27,135 bases of DNA, from IMG/VR virus record IMGVR_UViG_3300012041_000058, positions 1 to 27,135 of that record. One strand, given 5' to 3'. Both the position numbers and the translations under genes were made by a program. Numbering within the stretch: the first letter of the stretch is position 1; every line of letters begins with the position of its first letter. Source of the stretch: a virus (lineage: Duplodnaviria > Caudoviricetes). Below are positions 6,043-14,901 of the stretch, one piece after another. The notes under the pieces were generated by a model. That model was not told where the DNA came from, did no database searches, and saw nothing but the letters and a program-made list of their open reading frames with translations.

Positions 6043-6071
6043 TTGACAATCAGCCCAAAATGTGCTAAACT
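6043..6071 (+). promoter_or_regulatory. sigma70-type promoter antisense to the NADAR gene
   Basis: TTGACA-17 nt-TAAACT with extended TGn; TTGACAATC shared with promoters at 13120 and 24390. Confidence 0.55.
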
Positions 6072-6523
6072 TGGGGTGTTACACCGCACAACGACTTGCG
6101 AATCTCCATCAACATCAGGCCCAATCGATTGGCGCCTTCGTTGACGTGTCCCTTCCGCTTACAAGTACACTTTCCCCATACCACGTCGTGCCACCAATTG
6201 CCCTCGACAAGCTCCCGGTTGCCAGTTTCTTGCAGCTTCCGTGAAAGATCGGGATCAAGGAACTTCTGTCGCAGCAGATCCAGCATCACCACGAACCGAA
6301 CAGCATTCCAATCCGGCCTCAGCTTTGCGGAATGTCCAATCCGCTTGGCCATCTTTGCAGCATCGCTCGGAAGTGCAGCGAGCTTGGCGCGGTAGATTGG
6401 ATCTAGCGATTTGGCAGCTTGATAGGCATGCTCCACAGAGCCATATCGGACTCCATCCAATTCGACCACGACAGGCCAGAAATTGGAGAGCCAACGATAT
6501 TCTCCGTCAAACTTGTTGATCAT
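6065..6523 (-). CDS. NADAR family (YbiA-like) N-glycosidase / ADP-ribosylhydrolase
   Basis: LSNFW, SVEHAYQAAK, RPDW, QKF, TG.RELVE, D..WG and G.NRLG..LM.IR motifs. Confidence 0.92.
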   Translation of the reverse strand: MINKFDGEYRWLSNFWPVVVELDGVRYGSVEHAYQAAKSLDPIYRAKLAALPSDAAKMAKRIGHSAKLRPDWNAVRFVVMLDLLRQKFLDPDLSRKLQETGNRELVEGNWWHDVVWGKCTCKRKGHVNEGANRLGLMLMEIRKSLCGVTPQV

Positions 6524-6719
6524 TAATAGCCTCAGTTAGATGCCCGAGATGCTTGCTGACTGCCCACGAATCGTAAGCCAAGGCCAAGCCATGCGCTACA
6601 ACATCGATCCAGTTCCGTTTACGCAGGTTATGCACCATCCCCAGCATGTGCAACGCAGCTAGTGAGCCATGCACGAAGATCGCTAGCTCTTCGATGTGTT
6701 GATCGTGATGTGCAGACAT
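6507..6719 (-). CDS. small membrane protein
   Basis: Hydrophobic, His-rich 70-aa ORF in operon orientation. Confidence 0.6.
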   Translation of the reverse strand: MSAHHDQHIEELAIFVHGSLAALHMLGMVHNLRKRNWIDVVAHGLALAYDSWAVSKHLGHLTEAINDQQV

Positions 6720-6740
6720 AGGTTAATCCGAATAGAAATC

Positions 6741-7445
6741 CTACCATCTGTTAATCAACAGCGGCCCTTCCACAAATCGAGGGGCATTGTTGGTGTAGAC
6801 GGCAATCGTTAGCTTCGCAGCACGTTCAAATTCAGCAAGATCGGAAAGCTCCTGCGTGATTGTTGGTGCGCAAGTGCAAGTGGCGTAGTGCCTACTCCAG
6901 ATGGAACCAGGCGCTTCTGAATGCGTACTGCAATGATCTTGATGCTTCAGAAATCCGCGCTTATGGTACTTCGGTGTGCCCTCGATCTTCAACGCTAGGC
7001 CCCTGGCACCCTTCATCCGTGGAAAGGTTTGTGTGCCGGGATCAGCTAAGAATGGGCTACCAGCACCGATCCCAATTCGTTGTGACGAGGCCATCTTGAA
7101 CTGTTGGGCCTTCAAGCCAATCGGAATCGAGCCAATAAAGCCAGTGTCAAATACAAAATGATTGCTGTAGTCCTCAGCAACATGCTTCACCGTAAGTCTG
7201 GAGATGTCTGGTCTGAACACCGTTGGAAAGTTCTCACGACGGGCCAACACCTCGAATATCCACACGTCTCGACCGGGAAGCAGTATAGGCTTCCCGTCGG
7301 CGGCAGCCTTAATCGACCGCCACAAATTCTTGATGATCGCAAATTCGTGTGGGGAGAACGAACTGCGATCGGAAGGGCTGCAACGCGGGATGCGTCCCAG
7401 CACTGGCCTTGCAAACGAATTCAAGTGATGATGCAACCAGTTCAT
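6741..7445 (-). CDS. hypothetical protein (probable start MNWLHH, 234 aa)
   Basis: Strong GGGAGG RBS precedes ATG at 7445 inside the 297-aa ORF; LPGRD and DTGF.GS motifs. Confidence 0.65.
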   Translation of the reverse strand: MNWLHHHLNSFARPVLGRIPRCSPSDRSSFSPHEFAIIKNLWRSIKAAADGKPILLPGRDVWIFEVLARRENFPTVFRPDISRLTVKHVAEDYSNHFVFDTGFIGSIPIGLKAQQFKMASSQRIGIGAGSPFLADPGTQTFPRMKGARGLALKIEGTPKYHKRGFLKHQDHCSTHSEAPGSIWSRHYATCTCAPTITQELSDLAEFERAAKLTIAVYTNNAPRFVEGPLLINRW

Positions 7446-7643
7446 AGATCCTCCCCTACTATGGACGCTTCGTTGGCGGTAACACGCCTCAGCGTTGCCA
7501 TTTCGGTTCGTGTCTCCCTGTTCCCCACTGCATGCGGTTAAGTATCGCTCGTAACCCAATGTGGCGCCAATGCAATGCTTCGCAAGGCTTCCACACGACA
7601 CCCAATCATTATAATTTATTGGTCTTGCCGTCATTTTACATAA

Positions 7644-7844
7644 CTAGCTGCATTCCTTCTTCATGGCATTCCTCCCTGTGTAAACGCCGGTTACATGCTT
7701 GACAGCGATCTTCCGTGGCGCATCCTCTCCCTTGAATCGAGCCACCAGATACCACCGCTTCAGGATCTTCTCGAAGGTAACTGTGGAACGCTGACGAGTT
7801 ACCAACGTCTCTTCAACGATGCCGTTGCCTGTTGTGACGATCAT
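7644..7844 (-). CDS. hypothetical protein
   Basis: GGAG RBS, operon orientation. Confidence 0.6.
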   Translation of the reverse strand: MIVTTGNGIVEETLVTRQRSTVTFEKILKRWYLVARFKGEDAPRKIAVKHVTGVYTGRNAMKKECS

Positions 7845-7855
7845 CGATTATCTCC

Positions 7856-8233
7856 CTAGTTGACGAACTCAAAATCAATGCCCACCAACAAGCCAAGCCG
7901 CGTCAGCTTCGCTTCTTTGTAGTTATCCTTGGTATTAAGATTGTCGTTGATCTCCATCATGACTGAGATCACCTTTGATCCACTGTCGGCCTGCGCCGTA
8001 AAGAAATCGGTAAACAGCGTGCGCAGTCCATGCCCTTTACCTCCTTCAAGGGATGTCTTTTCAAAGCTCCACGGAGATGGCTGTTCCTCGATTTGGAATG
8101 GCGTCATGCTTGCAGCCAAGCAGACGCTTCCCAAACAACACATCTTGCCATCCGATCGACGCAATAGCCTGGACGGCTCGGAACCTTCTCCACGCAGCCA
8201 TGTCGTCCGATCAACGATGATCTTACGCATCAT
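7856..8233 (-). CDS. hypothetical phage protein
   Basis: ATGA coupling; W.RG...L....GKMCCLG motif common in phage proteins. Confidence 0.7.
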   Translation of the reverse strand: MMRKIIVDRTTWLRGEGSEPSRLLRRSDGKMCCLGSVCLAASMTPFQIEEQPSPWSFEKTSLEGGKGHGLRTLFTDFFTAQADSGSKVISVMMEINDNLNTKDNYKEAKLTRLGLLVGIDFEFVN

Positions 8234-8451
8234 CGGTTCCTCTTACGGGAAGCCTCGGTAATCTCCGTTCTTCGACGCCTCAGAGCTACCATTCGATTGC
8301 GATGCTGTGAGCGTTGCCGAACGTGACGACCGATGGGAGTCCGTATCTCCGGCGCCAGATCCGATCCAGTATAAATCTTTTGCGCTGGCATCGAACGTGA
8401 CGTGCCAACCAATGCCGCGATGGTCGCAAGAATGCCGATTCGCTGTTGCAT
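8230..8451 (-). CDS. small basic hypothetical protein (start MQQRIG)
   Basis: GGAG RBS before ATG at 8451, just after the upstream stop. Confidence 0.55.
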   Translation of the reverse strand: MQQRIGILATIAALVGTSRSMPAQKIYTGSDLAPEIRTPIGRHVRQRSQHRNRMVALRRRRTEITEASRKRNR

Positions 8452-8455
8452 GAGT

Positions 8456-9238
8456 TTACTCCACTTCATCCATAATGTCCCGATCGAACACATCGATGAA
8501 CGGTGTGATATTCGACGGGAGTTTGATCTTCGGTGGCTCGATGTCTGGCTTGACAATGCGGAGACACGCTGCACACCAGTGCATACGATGCTTCTCACAA
8601 CGCTCGGTTGGAAGTGGCTGGGCCATCCTACGGGCCTTCGCATCGGTCGCTTCAGCAAGCATCTGACCGTATAGCTCTCGTTGGCTGTTGTTAAGCCTTG
8701 CCTCACGTTCCAACGCTGCGAACTTCTCACGGCATGCCTCGCAGCCGATCCCACTCATCGATACAGGCTTACGCTTCCAACGCTTCCAGATTTCCTTCGG
8801 TCCGCGCTCTTCGTCCTCTCGAAACTGAACGAAGCCACCAATGGTGATCTTGTGGAAGTCATTGAAAACAGTATACTTAGCGCGTGATACCTTGTATACC
8901 TTGCCATTTCGACGCAGCATCGGCTGGCTGATACGTATGGTGGCGCCGTGAACCTCTCCAGGCATCACAACACCGCATCCGATACAGATCAAGCCAACAC
9001 TATTGCCGTCAAGCAATACCGACCGTTGCGGGCATGTTTCGATGATCTTCTCGGTGCAACCGAAGACATGCTTGCCTAACTTGAAGCAGGCGCCGCACAT
9101 CGACTCAGCGTTGCAGGTGATCTCCGTCGCAGTGCCGCGAGACAGCAAGATTTCAAGCCAATTACTGTAGAACGGCACGCCTCGCAATGGAGACAATTCC
9201 AAGATCTTGGTGCCGTCGGCAAGCGTGGAGACTTTCAT
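8456..9238 (-). CDS. Cys-rich hypothetical protein
   Basis: 260-aa ORF with several CxxC motifs; ATGA coupling. Confidence 0.7.
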   Translation of the reverse strand: MKVSTLADGTKILELSPLRGVPFYSNWLEILLSRGTATEITCNAESMCGACFKLGKHVFGCTEKIIETCPQRSVLLDGNSVGLICIGCGVVMPGEVHGATIRISQPMLRRNGKVYKVSRAKYTVFNDFHKITIGGFVQFREDEERGPKEIWKRWKRKPVSMSGIGCEACREKFAALEREARLNNSQRELYGQMLAEATDAKARRMAQPLPTERCEKHRMHWCAACLRIVKPDIEPPKIKLPSNITPFIDVFDRDIMDEVE

Positions 9239-9702
9239 CGGAGTGCCTCGATGAGTGTGTCGTAAGTGAGCTTGTAAATGCCGGGATTCTTACGCTCTCG
9301 ATTCCCAGCCACGTTCAGCACCGCGATGTTGTTCGCTACGATCCACTTACGCAGATTCTTCGCTGTTTCCTTAGTGCCGTGTTTCTCGAACGTAGCGAGG
9401 ATAAACGGCTTGCCATGCTGTTTACAGAGCTTCCGTGTCAACGCGCTGCCCGGTGAAGACGGATTGCCAAAGATCACAGTGGCATCGCTATCGATTACGT
9501 TTTGTTCGGTCCGAGGTGGATACTCAGCCGACTCATGCTGTTTCAGCTTGTATAACACTCGATCACCGATGCAGAGCGGGCCTTCGTCTGTTCGCCAGCC
9601 ATATGGCACCCATCCGCCAGTCTCAATCCCTAGCTTGATCGCAGCGTCCAATCCAGCACGATCACTTCCCGTTTGCCCGCCGCTCACAACGCGTGTAATC
9701 AT
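9235..9702 (-). CDS. SLOG superfamily 'putative molybdenum carrier' (cpYpsA-like) protein
   Basis: VSGGQTG.DRAGL, GGW.P.G, Y..RT..NV.DSDAT, LNVAGNRE motifs. Confidence 0.88.
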   Translation of the reverse strand: MITRVVSGGQTGSDRAGLDAAIKLGIETGGWVPYGWRTDEGPLCIGDRVLYKLKQHESAEYPPRTEQNVIDSDATVIFGNPSSPGSALTRKLCKQHGKPFILATFEKHGTKETAKNLRKWIVANNIAVLNVAGNRERKNPGIYKLTYDTLIEALR

Positions 9703-9711
9703 GAAATCCTC

Positions 9712-9892
9712 TCGTTGGCAGGCAGGGAAGCAACTTGAAAGACCCTGTGGAGATCATCAAGCTGTTTGGCAGCGAAGCCAGTCGGCTCGGCCTTTGCTCG
9801 ATGCTCAGTGTGGTGTGTCTTTATCATTGCTTCCCTCTGTTGCTCACGCAACCGTTTCCCAACGACCTACCAGCCTTGTCACGACACAAGGC
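9712..9892 (-). ncRNA. candidate structured leader/ncRNA
   Basis: UCGUUGG/CCAACGA, GUUGC-GUGA-GCAAC, GGGAAGCAAU/GUUGCUUCCC, AAAGAC/GUCUUU, plus upstream GCCUUGU/ACAAGGC hairpin. Confidence 0.5.
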
Positions 9893-9903
9893 ACTCCGAC
9901 ATG

Positions 9904-10137
9904 TTACCGCAAACCAACCAGCGAAGCCGACGCCTCAGCCTCACAGAAAGCAATCCGTTCGTCGTAGATCGGAGCGAACGAACCATCGGGCTGCATCGAA
10001 GCCTTCTTCATGCTAGCCCAGTCCCTCGCGTTACCCTGCCACTCCGACGCCCATGCTTCGTTGCGCTGCGTGGCAGTGCGTTTGTGCATCGGTGTGTTGA
10101 AGTATTCCTGAAGCAGCGTTGACTTGATCAATGCCAT
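9904..10137 (-). CDS. hypothetical protein
   Basis: GGAGG RBS before ATG. Confidence 0.65.
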   Translation of the reverse strand: MALIKSTLLQEYFNTPMHKRTATQRNEAWASEWQGNARDWASMKKASMQPDGSFAPIYDERIAFCEAEASASLVGLR

Positions 10138-10305
10138 GTGGCCTCCGTATGGTGTGACAGCGTAGCGATATGGGCGGAGTTTTCCCGACCTCCCGAGTTT
10201 GCCGGATCGGCCTGCCGATTGTCAACGCGAAAAAAAGGCGAAAGTCGAGCACCATTGCCGACGCCTCGATCTGAGCATGATTTGCAGTGGACGGTAGCTT
10301 CCATG

Positions 10306-10464
10306 TTACTCCTGCGACTCCAACCAACGCTGCTCACGCTTACGTTGCTGCTCTTCGTAGCGATCAATGGTGCAACCATCGCACATATTGCGTTCGATCT
10401 CCTCTGGCGCTTCCAGTGAGCTAAGCGAGCAGTGTGGACACGGAAGATATGGCCATCTGGTCAT
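10306..10464 (-). CDS. small zinc-finger-like protein (52 aa), not in the ORF track
   Basis: GGAG RBS; CPHC...CDGC. Confidence 0.6.
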   Translation of the reverse strand: MTRWPYLPCPHCSLSSLEAPEEIERNMCDGCTIDRYEEQQRKREQRWLESQE

Positions 10465-10469
10465 AGTCT

Positions 10470-10649
10470 TTACTCCAGCGTAAAGAACGGTCGATGGAAA
10501 TACTCAGCCTGATCAGACAACGCAGCGAGCAACGACATCTGTTCGATGTCAGGCTGCCATGTTGAATCGGTGTTCCTGCGACCTTGCGCAACGGCCTCAG
10601 CCACGATTACACCAATCGGATAGTCCGAGGAAGTTTCAGATGGTCGCAT
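10470..10649 (-). CDS. hypothetical protein (59 aa)
   Basis: Fills the gap in operon orientation; start uncertain. Confidence 0.45.
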   Translation of the reverse strand: MRPSETSSDYPIGVIVAEAVAQGRRNTDSTWQPDIEQMSLLAALSDQAEYFHRPFFTLE

Positions 10650-10866
10650 GGCTAGCCTGTGTTGAACGCTCTGGAAGGGAAACGATACGCAATCGATACT
10701 CCCAATCCCCATCAAGCTCACCGAAGGCATTGGCCAGCAGTTCGGATTGGAAGATACGGATGGCCATCGGTTTGGGATATGCCTCAGCGTCGGAGACACG
10801 CTGCCATCGACCGCCTTTGTTACCACGAAGTCGCTTACAGAGCGAGTAGAGAGGCATCAGTGTCAC
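10636..10866 (-). CDS. hypothetical protein
   Basis: GGAGGT RBS before GTG; GTGA overlap. Confidence 0.65.
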   Translation of the reverse strand: MTLMPLYSLCKRLRGNKGGRWQRVSDAEAYPKPMAIRIFQSELLANAFGELDGDWEYRLRIVSLPERSTQASHATI

Positions 10867-11033
10867 TTACCTCCGAAATAGTCGGAGGGACGATTGGCAT
10901 ACTTCATATCGTCCCAGTGTGCCATACGCCGATCTGACTCAATACGATCCTTGTTCAACTCGATACGAGCGAACAGAACCAATCCACCAAATACGACCGT
11001 TAGAAGGCCTCCAACGAAAAGCATGGCAGTCAT
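10863..11033 (-). CDS. small membrane protein (56 aa), not in the ORF track
   Basis: MTAMLFVGGLLTVVFGGLVLF TM segment; coupled on both sides. Confidence 0.55.
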   Translation of the reverse strand: MTAMLFVGGLLTVVFGGLVLFARIELNKDRIESDRRMAHWDDMKYANRPSDYFGGK

Positions 11034-11131
11034 GATCGGTCATTCCCAAGCAACGACACAGCGAACAACACGATGCCAAATGGTATTCCTGCCATGAAAC
11101 ACAGGCCAAGCAACATGAGAAGGTGTCTCAT
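11030..11131 (-). CDS. small membrane protein (33 aa)
   Basis: GGAGG RBS, ATGA coupling, hydrophobic. Confidence 0.5.
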   Translation of the reverse strand: MRHLLMLLGLCFMAGIPFGIVLFAVSLLGNDRS

Positions 11132-11382
11132 GCTGGCCTCCGATCCACCGTGATACGAACGTGCTGTGCAATCTTGCCTCGTTGGATTTGGTCTGATACC
11201 AACGTAATCCATCGGTTAGCATCAGCCTGTGTAGCGAAGTCTTGCGCAAAGAATGCGTTGTTTTCGGCGTTGACCGTAGGCTTGTCGTGACCGTTGCCAT
11301 TGTGGGCAATCTTGCTTGCCTCAATAGCGTTGATAGCGTCAATATCAACGTATCCGCTGATCTGGAAACGATAGTAAGGCAT
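11128..11382 (-). CDS. hypothetical protein
   Basis: GGGAG RBS before ATG (MPYYRF). Confidence 0.6.
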   Translation of the reverse strand: MPYYRFQISGYVDIDAINAIEASKIAHNGNGHDKPTVNAENNAFFAQDFATQADANRWITLVSDQIQRGKIAQHVRITVDRRPA

Positions 11383-11383
11383 G

Positions 11384-11611
11384 TTATCTCCCAACTAACG
11401 AGCGTGTCTGGAACAAATGGGATGTAATCGCTTCGTTAGCCCTCAGTGCCTCAGGGACAGTAGGCATCGCAGCGATACGCACGATCCGACGGAAGCAGGC
11501 AGGCCTCAGCGTAGGTTGTAGCCTCAGGCATACGGACTGTGGCCAGCGTGTCCAGTCGTAACGGTCGATTTCAATGACCGCGACCTTGGGAGTGGTATCA
11601 ATGCGTTTCAC
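11384..11611 (-). CDS. hypothetical protein
   Basis: AAGGT RBS plus GTG, operon orientation. Confidence 0.5.
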   Translation of the reverse strand: MKRIDTTPKVAVIEIDRYDWTRWPQSVCLRLQPTLRPACFRRIVRIAAMPTVPEALRANEAITSHLFQTRSLVGR

Positions 11612-11622
11612 TTGGATTTACC

Positions 11623-11856
11623 TTAGTAGCGCTTGTCTAGCGCATCGCACGATGCCTTACACTTGGCGCTACCGCCGCAAATGTTGCACACTGGCGATTG
11701 CCATGCCATGAATGCTTGATACTCTGGCGTCAGTGAATAGCAGGAACATGCTTTTGGAACCAGCCTGCTACCGGGCTTAGCTGGCGGACAAGGATGGTAT
11801 GCACAAAGGGCCATCGCTCTATCCGACTCAGCTAGTAGTCGGTTGTATTCGGTCAC
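11623..11856 (-). CDS. Cys-rich hypothetical protein
   Basis: GGAGGT RBS plus GTG. Confidence 0.6.
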   Translation of the reverse strand: MTEYNRLLAESDRAMALCAYHPCPPAKPGSRLVPKACSCYSLTPEYQAFMAWQSPVCNICGGSAKCKASCDALDKRY

Positions 11857-11959
11857 TTGGAAACCTCCAACGTTTTCCTGCTATCTCGGTGGTATGCGAC
11901 TGTAACGAACATTGTGTCCTCTTTTCTGGACGATCCCGTTTTCCCGCTCTGGCGCCGCT

Positions 11960-12098
11960 CTGAGGCCTTTCCCGCCGCTGCCCGACCCGAACCCCGTCGC
12001 CGTCGCCGTTCCGGGCTGTAGCGGGCTCCTGAGGCCTTTCCCGGTCATTCTGGCCTGCCGCCGAACCGCCTCCCGGCGACCTTCCCGAACCCGTTCCG
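11960..12098. repeat. degenerate GC-rich direct repeats
   Basis: CTGAGGCCTTTCCCG at 11960 and 12029; CCCGAACCC and CCGTTCCGG each occur twice. Confidence 0.55.
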
Positions 12099-12208
12099 GC
12101 TTACCTGCCGCTATCCACGTTTCGCATGCGGGCTTTAGACCGCCAATGGCCGTGTTACGGTGTGGAGGTAGACCGCCTCCACTCGGTAGCCTTGTTACTT
12201 CGCTACGC

Positions 12209-12616
12209 TCAGGCCTTCGCTGCCTTCTCCGACTTCGGAAGATCCTGCCATCGAGCAACGACCGTTCCCTTGGCTGCTTCGTAACGTGCGACGATGCTCG
12301 GCCAGTGCGCGATGAGCAGATCCATTTGCTTGCCCGTCGCATTGATCAACGGATACGCTCCGCCGACATCGTCACCGCCGACGTTCCGACTGCCCCGGAC
12401 TTGGAACTGCTTACGGCCCGTGACCGAAATGCTCACTGGCGCTGAGGCCTCCGCTTCCGCCTGCGCAAGTGCCACTTCGATCGGAGTGTTGATCGTGTCG
12501 CATGCTGCCGCCGCGAGTTCCGCCGTCTCGAATGACTCAACCGTCCCGTCCGGTTTCGTCATGTTCCACTTCTTGCCTTCGCCCTTGCTGATCCGTGCAA
12601 ACTTGATTGCTGCCAT
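12209..12616 (-). CDS. hypothetical protein, first gene of the leftward arm
   Basis: AAGGTAGGT before ATG (MAAIKF); GC3-rich codon usage. Confidence 0.7.
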   Translation of the reverse strand: MAAIKFARISKGEGKKWNMTKPDGTVESFETAELAAAACDTINTPIEVALAQAEAEASAPVSISVTGRKQFQVRGSRNVGGDDVGGAYPLINATGKQMDLLIAHWPSIVARYEAAKGTVVARWQDLPKSEKAAKA

Positions 12617-12821
12617 TGTGTTACCTACCTTCATGCCACTCTACGGCTTGGTCCCGGTCCTCTGCGAACCGCTCTGCACTCACATGGTGCAAACGCGGCA
12701 ACGTGCGGACATAGGACACCCGAAGGTCGAGCCGAGCAAGCCGCCTGCCACCGGGCCGACCGGAACCCGGAGCGCCGCTAAAGCCTTGCGCGATAACGAC
12801 TTACCCGCCTACGTCAAGGCC

Positions 12822-12849
12822 TTGACACCTCCCCACTACACGGTAGAAT
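12822..12849 (+). promoter_or_regulatory. possible sigma70-type promoter
   Basis: TTGACA-16 nt-TAGAAT; -35 lies in the palindrome GTCAAGGCCTTGAC. Confidence 0.45.
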
Positions 12850-13119
12850 GTGCTCGCTGGTGTATAGGAGCTACACTGATGCCCGTAACCTGTTGACCTG
12901 TAACGACTTGACGTGCGCCAGATGTGGGTCAATTCCTTGACACGGCGTCAAAAATTTGGCGGGCGGGGGTAATCTCGGACCTAGTTTTAGCCAGTTTTCC
13001 CCAAGTTGATCATCTCAAAAGCCGGGTCAACTTCCTGTTTCCCGATGGGTCCCATCCGACATGTCACTAAATCAGAACTCACCAAAACATTAATGTTTAA
13101 TCATAATGTAAGAAAGGAC

Positions 13120-13148
13120 TTGACAATCTGGAAAAAGTATGCTATACT
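13120..13148 (+). promoter_or_regulatory. sigma70-type promoter of the Endo VII gene
   Basis: TTGACA-17 nt-TATACT with extended TGn. Confidence 0.8.
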
Positions 13149-13190
13149 TGTAGTGTACACGGAATTCAATGACAAGGTGTTTGTAGATGT

Positions 13191-13490
13191 ATGCCTAAAT
13201 CTAATCCTAGCCATAGTGTTACAAGTCTCCGAAAGAAGCAGCTTCGAGAACTATATAAATTAACGCCAGAAGCTTACACAGCAATGTTGGAAGCCCAGAA
13301 CTTTAGTTGTAAAATATGCCGAAAGCCCTACAAACAAGGGAAATACTGGTCTATGGATGTAGATCACGATCATAGGACAGGTCGTGTTAGAGGCCTCTTG
13401 TGTAGGCAATGCAACATTGTTATCGGTATGGCAGATGATAACCCAGTTATCCTTTTACGCGCTATACAGTATTTAAAGGGAAATCTATAG
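13191..13490 (+). CDS. endonuclease VII-like protein
   Basis: C.IC...VDHDH.TG.VRGLLC..CN..IG motif. Confidence 0.9.
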   Translation: MPKSNPSHSVTSLRKKQLRELYKLTPEAYTAMLEAQNFSCKICRKPYKQGKYWSMDVDHDHRTGRVRGLLCRQCNIVIGMADDNPVILLRAIQYLKGNL

Positions 13491-13548
13491 TATATGTTGT
13501 CACGAGGAGGCTGTAGCCAGATCATCTAACACGGATTAAAAATAACAC

Positions 13549-13578
13549 TTGACAAAGTGCTACCATCCGTGCTATACT
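13549..13578 (+). promoter_or_regulatory. sigma70-type promoter
   Basis: TTGACA-18 nt-TATACT with TGn; -35 centred in the inverted repeat CACTT-GACA-AAGTG. Confidence 0.75.
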
Positions 13579-13601
13579 AGGTTTCTACACTAGATTTACT
13601 T

Positions 13602-14372
13602 ATGGCACTAAAGCTTATACTTACCAATGTCTACGGCGAATTACTCAACATCCCTGTAGATGTGGCATTATTTGACAACAACAAGCAGCTTGTAAAAGTC
13701 ACAGTTCCAGCTGGCTCGGCCATCATTACAGAACTTCGCAGTGGAATCTACAGACTAAGGCTACAGTCTAAAACATACCACACAGTTGCTAGATTCGTAA
13801 CGGTTTCCGAGTCCGATCAGGAACTCACAATACCCCTACCAATGAAAGCCAGCAAGGTTCGTAGCATTATATTCCCAAACTACTGTGACCTCCCCGAAGC
13901 ATATCGGAAGCTTGTAGACCTAACCACTTACGTTGAGTTAACCGATTACGCCAAAGCGGGGTTATTAAACATTTTAGCTAAAACAGATGTTACAGTAGGG
14001 TTAGATAACATCTCTAGTGTAATACATATTCAAGGGGACCGACTCTTAGCCGTAGTCCCGGACACCACGCTTAGCACGATCGTGTCCAGCCAGACCTTTC
14101 ACGGAGCACCAAGCCGTCTCCACGAGCCTCCAGCGGGCTACAAACGGGCCTGTAGCTTCAAGACCAAAGATCTATATGGCAACCTCCAAATGACCTTCTT
14201 TCAAGGCGTAGACTGGCTAGCAGACATTGACATAGACGATGCTGCCGGGTTAGGCCACTTCTTCCAAGTTGCTAAGAATAGCATCACCGGCTCCCCCACA
14301 CATCCCTACAACATCCACGAGATACTCGTTGGCTACCAGAACTTAAATCCAGGCTATAGGCTGTATGTCTAG
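13602..14372 (+). CDS. hypothetical protein (256 aa)
   Basis: Long ORF after a promoter; beta-rich N-terminus. Confidence 0.75.
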   Translation: MALKLILTNVYGELLNIPVDVALFDNNKQLVKVTVPAGSAIITELRSGIYRLRLQSKTYHTVARFVTVSESDQELTIPLPMKASKVRSIIFPNYCDLPEAYRKLVDLTTYVELTDYAKAGLLNILAKTDVTVGLDNISSVIHIQGDRLLAVVPDTTLSTIVSSQTFHGAPSRLHEPPAGYKRACSFKTKDLYGNLQMTFFQGVDWLADIDIDDAAGLGHFFQVAKNSITGSPTHPYNIHEILVGYQNLNPGYRLYV

Positions 14373-14901
14373 TACTAATTTTATTACAAGAAACCCTAAT
14401 CCGTTAATTGACCTTTCTGAACAAACCTTTGGTCGTTTAACGGTAGTTACGCGCACCCCAAACAACAATAGGGGTGATGTAATGTGGTTATGTTTTTGCA
14501 AATGCGGTAATCAAAAAGTTATTAGAGGCGCTTGTTTAAGGGCCGGAACTACAAAATCGTGTGGATGTATATCACGAGAGTTAGCGTCTGCTAGAAATTG
14601 GAAGGGCGGTCGGTCTAAAACTGGCGATGGTTATATAAAAATTAAGAAATCGAACCATCTCAATGCGGATAAGAAAGGTTATATTTTAGAACACACCTTT
14701 GTTATGTCAGAGCATTTGGGAAGACCGTTGGAAAAAAATGAAAACATTCATCATAAAAATGGCATCCGTGCCGACAATAGACTGGAAAATTTGGAGTTGT
14801 GGTCTACATCCCAACCCTTTGGACAACGCGTAGAAGACAAAGTAGCTTGGGCTAAAGAGATCTTAAGACAGGCTGTTTTAGACAAGTATAGGAACAAGTA
14901 A
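14365..14901 (+). CDS. HNH homing endonuclease
   Basis: FGRLTV...W.C.C.CG N-terminal domain; EH..VM..HLGRPL...E.IHHKNG.R.DNR.ENL HNH motif. Confidence 0.9.
   Translation: MSSTNFITRNPNPLIDLSEQTFGRLTVVTRTPNNNRGDVMWLCFCKCGNQKVIRGACLRAGTTKSCGCISRELASARNWKGGRSKTGDGYIKIKKSNHLNADKKGYILEHTFVMSEHLGRPLEKNENIHHKNGIRADNRLENLELWSTSQPFGQRVEDKVAWAKEILRQAVLDKYRNK

Noticed and set aside
10196-10225. Minus-strand promoter TTGACA-18-CAAACT
   Set aside because: Good -35 but weak -10, and it lies inside a possible short ORF; too uncertain to list.
11881-12896. Long overlapping ORFs 11881..12342, 11912..12445 and 12294..12896
   Set aside because: Arg/Pro-rich shadow frames in GC-rich DNA with no RBS.
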